A stretch of 64,000 nt of DNA from Candidatus Heimdallarchaeota archaeon (GTDB lineage Archaea; Asgardarchaeota; Heimdallarchaeia; JABLTI01), in NCBI GenBank assembly GCA_019056785.1, contig DXJV01000029.1:32001-96000 (forward strand). Direction: 5' to 3'. Positions 59,594 through 64,000 of this stretch are shown one piece after another; the first letter of the stretch is position 1, and each line of letters starts with the position of its first letter. Under the pieces are notes generated by a model. That model was given only the letters and a program-made list of their open reading frames with translations. It was not told the DNA's origin and searched no databases. The position numbers and the translations under genes are program-made.

Positions 59594-61042
59594 ATGAGTC
59601 AACATGGAACCAGTAATCTAAATCCGAAACAACTCGAAAAATTAGCCGAAAAAGCAAAAGAACTAGGATATGACAATCTGAGGTTTTTTGTCGATGATAT
59701 TGACATGTTGTTGCGCCCGGCTGTTCTTTTGAAACAAAAAGATATGAAATATTTCGAGTTGGAAAACCTCATTTCCTTGCTAACGAGTAAAAATATTAGC
59801 CTGGGAATGGCGCCCCGGATGTTAAGTATGGTATCAAAATACGCTGAAAGAAATGAAGAATTAGAAGCAGAAAACGCAGAATTAAAGCAATCAAATATAA
59901 CTATGCGAAGTAAATACCAAACTGCTGAAGCCCAGGTAAAAGAATATCAAAAGCAACTTAAAGAACTCTCTGTTGGCGTCCAAGCTGATGCTAAAATCCG
60001 AGAAGAGAATATAAAACTTAGTGAAGAGAATAAGTATCTAAAAATCACAAATGAATCTCTCACCGGAGAACTAAAGAAAACCAAAGAAAAACTCGACGAG
60101 AAAATTGAAGAAGCAAATGATCTTGAAGTTGAAAATAGCCAGTTAGAATTAAAGATTAAAGACCTCCAGAGAGAATTGAAAGAATTGGAGTTGGAATATG
60201 AAGAACTAAAACGAGAAGGTATTGGTACCGATAAGACAAAACGACTCGTTGAGGACTTAATTGATGAAGTAGATGAAGCCTATAGTACTGTAGACGACCC
60301 CTTTAAGAAGGAATTCTTGGCATTTATGGGTGTGGAATTGAGCGAAATCGTTGAGGGACGAACTATTACAAAACAAAAAATTCTCAATCAAATAGCGATT
60401 CATGCACACGAAATTGAAAAAAAATTCGAGCCAAAAATAGCAGCTTTGCAACAAATGCCTGCCCGCAGTGCTACACCTCAACCGGTAATCAAAGAACCAA
60501 GAGAGGTTATGAAGAAAGAAGTTATTCCTGAACCCGTGAAAAAAACCGCTCCAGTTGCAGTTAAAAAAGGACAACCTGCTGAAGCGCCTTCAAAACAAAA
60601 GGCCAAGGAAGAAACCGAAGACCATTATGTGAAACCAAGTGAATTCTTGAAGAAAAAAGGCATCATCGTAAGTAGTGGAAAAGAACCTGCAAAAACAGAA
60701 GAAGCGAAAGAAAAAGGTGAAGAACACGCAGAAAAAACACCTGCAAAACCCGCTACCACTGTTTCACGTTCCAAACGTAAATTTAAGAAGAAAGTGGAAA
60801 TCGACCGCACACCAAGCCCTGAATTGATTCAGGTCTTTGACGTATTTATAAAATATCTTGAAGCTATAACTGACAATAAATCATTTAATGACCTGTGCGA
60901 CAAAATAATCGAGCAACTTTATGAACACATTGGCTCTCCCGGCATGACACAAGTTTACAAAATAAAAAGTAGTGGCGTGAAAAGAAAACAATTATTGATC
61001 GACCTAATAAAACAGTGGAAAGTGAGACTGCCTGACCTCTAA
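59594..61042 (+). CDS. Coiled-coil protein with a low-complexity linker and a small C-terminal helical domain
   Basis: A long E/K/L heptad region, a P/K/E/A-rich linker and a compact C-terminus. Confidence 0.78.
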   Translation: MSQHGTSNLNPKQLEKLAEKAKELGYDNLRFFVDDIDMLLRPAVLLKQKDMKYFELENLISLLTSKNISLGMAPRMLSMVSKYAERNEELEAENAELKQSNITMRSKYQTAEAQVKEYQKQLKELSVGVQADAKIREENIKLSEENKYLKITNESLTGELKKTKEKLDEKIEEANDLEVENSQLELKIKDLQRELKELELEYEELKREGIGTDKTKRLVEDLIDEVDEAYSTVDDPFKKEFLAFMGVELSEIVEGRTITKQKILNQIAIHAHEIEKKFEPKIAALQQMPARSATPQPVIKEPREVMKKEVIPEPVKKTAPVAVKKGQPAEAPSKQKAKEETEDHYVKPSEFLKKKGIIVSSGKEPAKTEEAKEKGEEHAEKTPAKPATTVSRSKRKFKKKVEIDRTPSPELIQVFDVFIKYLEAITDNKSFNDLCDKIIEQLYEHIGSPGMTQVYKIKSSGVKRKQLLIDLIKQWKVRLPDL

Positions 61043-61089
61043 GAACTGAGGAAGGACCAGCTCACCTCTCGTTTTTTTCAAATGATTAT

Positions 61090-61737
61090 TTATAAGATAA
61101 TCTGGATTTTCTGATGGATCGCGTAAGAAGACATACCACCTGAATCGAAGCGAAGACGAATCAATTTAGACTTGTCTTGTCCGTGAATAGCAATGACTTT
61201 TCCGGTGACCTTAGTCTCACTTTCAGGATATTTTAAAATGAATTTTTTACCTATCAATGTCTTATGGTTATAGTCATCCAAAACTCTTGCAATTGCTTGA
61301 TTGGTTTTTTGAAGCCTTTTGTCTCGTCGATAGCTAGTTATAATTGCGCTAATAAATTTGACTTTCTTTGATTTTGGTTTAGTGGTTGGCTTGGGTTTGG
61401 TTGTAGTGGAGGTCTTTGACTTTGTGCGTGTGCTTTTCTTTGTAGCGGTTGTTTTTACTTTTGGGGTGGTCTTTTTAGCCGTCGTTGGTTTTTTAGCTGC
61501 AGTGGTCTTTTTAGTTGTAGCCGGTTTTTTTGTTGTAGAAGTCTTTTTGGCTGGTGAAGTGCTCTTTTTAGTGGTAGTGGCTTTTTTTGTCGTTGTGGAA
61601 GTTTTAGTGGAAGATTTTTTCGCGGGTGTTTTTTTAGTGGAGGTTTGTTTTGTAGATGCTTTTTTGGTTGTGGTTGTTTTAGCAGCAGGTTTCTTTGCAG
61701 AGGTGCTTTTTGAAGTGGTTTTTTTCTTTTCTGGCAT
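61090..61737 (-). CDS. rpl35ae: Ribosomal protein eL33 (L35Ae) with a long K/T/A/P-rich N-terminal tail
   Basis: The C-terminal ~90 aa (SYRR...Q.TNQAI...LIGKK...GKVIAIHG...RLRF) match L35Ae. Confidence 0.78.
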   Translation of the reverse strand: MPEKKKTTSKSTSAKKPAAKTTTTKKASTKQTSTKKTPAKKSSTKTSTTTKKATTTKKSTSPAKKTSTTKKPATTKKTTAAKKPTTAKKTTPKVKTTATKKSTRTKSKTSTTTKPKPTTKPKSKKVKFISAIITSYRRDKRLQKTNQAIARVLDDYNHKTLIGKKFILKYPESETKVTGKVIAIHGQDKSKLIRLRFDSGGMSSYAIHQKIQIIL

Positions 61738-61815
61738 AACAAATCACTCTAAGTTATTATTCGATAGGTAGAGGACAAAAGATGTCATTCAAAAATCTTT
61801 TCTCTGTGATTAATT

Positions 61816-63219
61816 TTATTTTGCTATTTTCTTGTCCTCTACTGCAAGAAGGACACTCTCCAGCGAAATTAGAAAGTTCTCTATCTCACTTTTTTCAACA
61901 GTAATCAGTCGCCCGGGTTGATGAACGAGAATATTCCGTTTTTTCCGGACATTATTAATAGCTTCCTCTTGTTCTTTAGTTAAGAGGTCACGCTCGCGTA
62001 AGAATTGCAAGATCATATTAAAATTGGTATAAATCTCCACAGGAGCACCGAAGCGTTCTATAAGGCTTTTGAATAATTGCTCTGCAGAACGGAAAAGAAA
62101 AACCAAAGCGGTAGCACGTTCTTCCTCTGAAATTTCGTCCCAATGTTTAAGACGGTTTTTGACATACTCAATATCCGTCTTTAAGGAAACGACCTCATGT
62201 TCGTAACTGAATACATGCCGAGCAATATCATAAAACGGGCTTTCAAAGAACCGGTCCTTTATTACGGCAGTTTGTTTTGCCGAAACTTTTAATTGGTCCA
62301 AAATCGGCTTGTAAATGCGCCATGCTTGTTGTTTCGCAACAAAATTGTTGGCGTAATTTCTCAGCGCCTCTGATAAAGGTTCCTCGTATTCTTGCTGATA
62401 GATAGGATCAATCCGACGAGCGAAACGTCTGAGAGTGGTCTCTCCAACTAACCCTTCTATTGGGAATTGGCTAACAGCACGAATGTAGTTGTTTCTATTC
62501 AGCCGTTCTTCTTCATTTGGCGGCATAACTATAGGCAATGTCTCAAGGATCAGTTTTCTTAATCTACCGATAGAATAGAAAGCAAGAAGGTCGCTGAGAA
62601 AAGTAAGAACAGTAAATAGAATAGTGAAAATGATAACATTCACAATATTATCAATTTTATCAAGAACTAAAAAGTCTAGAACAATTGGCCTGAAATGTAA
62701 ATAGATAATGCCAATCAAATCTGCCAAAGATAAAATGGACCAAATAATTGAAAAGAGAAACAAAGTCTCAAAACTACTTAAGAGGTTATTTTTTCTATTA
62801 ACCTGGCTTTGGCTAATATATGAATCAATATATAGCTCACGCACACGGGCCACAAGCGGGGGAACAAGCTCCTTTTCAATGGCAGCACGAATCTTTTCTT
62901 TTTGGGTTCTTGTAAGGCTTGCTTCATCATCTGAGAAGATAAAAAGCTCGTCGATATTTTCTTTTAATTTTGACTCGTAATGTTTTCCAACGCCACTAAT
63001 AAAGTAGATTAACATTGGAGAAATCATGTAGATAAAAAGTGCAGGTGCAATCAACATTAAAGCCCAGAGAATAAAGCCCCAGTTGGGGGTTATTCCTTTT
63101 GCCAGAAGATAAATAGCATAGACAATAAATTCCAGCACAATAGGAGCGTAGACTCCAAGAAGAAAGCGTTGATTGAATAAAGCATTGGTTATTTTCGACC
63201 GCCAGTTATTGGTTCCCAT
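61816..63219 (-). CDS. 4-TM membrane protein with a C-terminal HEPN-like domain
   Basis: Two TM hairpins; C-terminal FRSAEQLFK...RKKRNILVH (Rx4H at 61921-61938). Confidence 0.75.
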   Translation of the reverse strand: MGTNNWRSKITNALFNQRFLLGVYAPIVLEFIVYAIYLLAKGITPNWGFILWALMLIAPALFIYMISPMLIYFISGVGKHYESKLKENIDELFIFSDDEASLTRTQKEKIRAAIEKELVPPLVARVRELYIDSYISQSQVNRKNNLLSSFETLFLFSIIWSILSLADLIGIIYLHFRPIVLDFLVLDKIDNIVNVIIFTILFTVLTFLSDLLAFYSIGRLRKLILETLPIVMPPNEEERLNRNNYIRAVSQFPIEGLVGETTLRRFARRIDPIYQQEYEEPLSEALRNYANNFVAKQQAWRIYKPILDQLKVSAKQTAVIKDRFFESPFYDIARHVFSYEHEVVSLKTDIEYVKNRLKHWDEISEEERATALVFLFRSAEQLFKSLIERFGAPVEIYTNFNMILQFLRERDLLTKEQEEAINNVRKKRNILVHQPGRLITVEKSEIENFLISLESVLLAVEDKKIAK

Positions 63220-63347
63220 GAAAAAGCACCTTTTATTACCTTAAAGCGAAGAACTATTTTTAATACATCTTAGTGTTATTAGGTTAAATAGTCTTTGATG
63301 ATTAATAAAAGTGGAACTGTGAGGGATAGGCCATCCAGCAACAAAAA

Positions 63348-64000
63348 GTGATCAAAAACGAAGAAACACTCATTAATATAGAAAAAGACCCCTTAATTAA
63401 AAGGGGAAGAAAACTACTCCTCGAGCTAATCGCCACTGGCATTCAAGCAGCAGACCCTTTTAAAGCCGTACAAAAACATGTCAAATTGGAAGGAAGAACA
63501 ATAAGAATCGCTACCAAATGGGAACGAGATATCTCTTCTTTTGAGAATGTAATTATTGTAGGAGCCGGGAAGGCCTCAGCCAAAATGGCTTTGGCTCTTG
63601 AAAAAATTCTGGGAGAGGAAAACATCACAAAAGGCTTAGTAAATGTTCCATCAGAAACCGTGAGCAATTTAACTGGAACATCAAAAATAAGATTCCATCC
63701 CGCCGGACATCCCGTGGCTACTAAGGCTTCTCTCGAGGGGACTAAGGAAATCATTAAATTAATTTCAGGATTAACACGAAATGACCTTGTCATTTGTGTG
63801 ATTAGTGGAGGCGGTTCTGCCATGCTGGAGCTGCCGATAGCAGGTATCACTCTCAACGATTTTTCCACTGTTTTTAATTTATTGACACAGAAAGGGGCAA
63901 CTATTTATGAATTGAATGCCTTTCGCAAACATTTATCACAAGTGAAAGGAGGGCGATTGGCAAAAATAGCCCGGCCAGCGGAGGTTGTTTCACTAATAAT
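63348..64000 (+). CDS. Glycerate 2-kinase (GckA/TtuD, MOFRL family); runs off the window edge
   Basis: Manual translation from GTG 63348 gives GAGKASAKMA, AGHP, ISGGGSA and ELNAFRKHLSQVKGGRLA. Confidence 0.92.
   Translation, partial: MIKNEETLINIEKDPLIKRGRKLLLELIATGIQAADPFKAVQKHVKLEGRTIRIATKWERDISSFENVIIVGAGKASAKMALALEKILGEENITKGLVNVPSETVSNLTGTSKIRFHPAGHPVATKASLEGTKEIIKLISGLTRNDLVICVISGGGSAMLELPIAGITLNDFSTVFNLLTQKGATIYELNAFRKHLSQVKGGRLAKIARPAEVVSLI

Noticed and set aside
61358-61771. Very hydrophobic 137-aa plus-strand ORF (V/F/L-rich)
   Set aside because: It is the antisense shadow of the Lys/Thr-rich eL33 tail.
63443-63868. 141-aa minus-strand ORF
   Set aside because: It is antisense to the glycerate kinase gene.
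1-64000. CRISPR arrays, rRNA/tRNA genes, transposases, integrases
   Set aside because: No repeat-spacer periodicity, cloverleaf or mobile-element motifs were seen by eye; a tRNAscan-SE or Infernal run would be needed to exclude small RNAs.

Overview
A gene-dense, AT-rich chromosomal segment of an archaeon, most likely an Asgard (Heimdallarchaeia-like) lineage. The archaeal assignment rests on archaeal-type MAT, Hjc, DnaG, aIF5A, eL33 and an ADP-dependent sugar kinase. The Asgard assignment is an inference from eukaryote-signature-like proteins: an Arf-like GTPase, longin/uDENN-like domains, PCI-like winged helices and many alpha-solenoids. Housekeeping content includes a LeuC/LeuD-family dehydratase pair, dnaJ, a SufS-type desulfurase, a protease-less Lon-like ATPase, a four-gene group 3b [NiFe] hydrogenase operon, threonine aldolase, M20/M48 peptidases and a partial glycerate kinase. 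I saw no rRNA, tRNA, CRISPR array or transposase. The best candidate for an undescribed system is a three-gene operon (10723-12734) encoding a uDENN/longin-like protein, an Arf-like GTPase and a 7-TM protein, transcribed divergently from an MglA-like GTPase; it looks like a receptor-GEF-G-protein module. Other candidates are a single-pass receptor-like protein with DDRGK/UFL1-like winged helices and a HEPN-like tail next to aIF5A, a small protein with a beta-thymosin/WH2-like N-terminus, a membrane-anchored HEPN protein, an eL33 with an H1-like tail, and ORB-like repeats around an unknown gene upstream of hjc. All domain calls are by-eye motif recognition; no searches were run.
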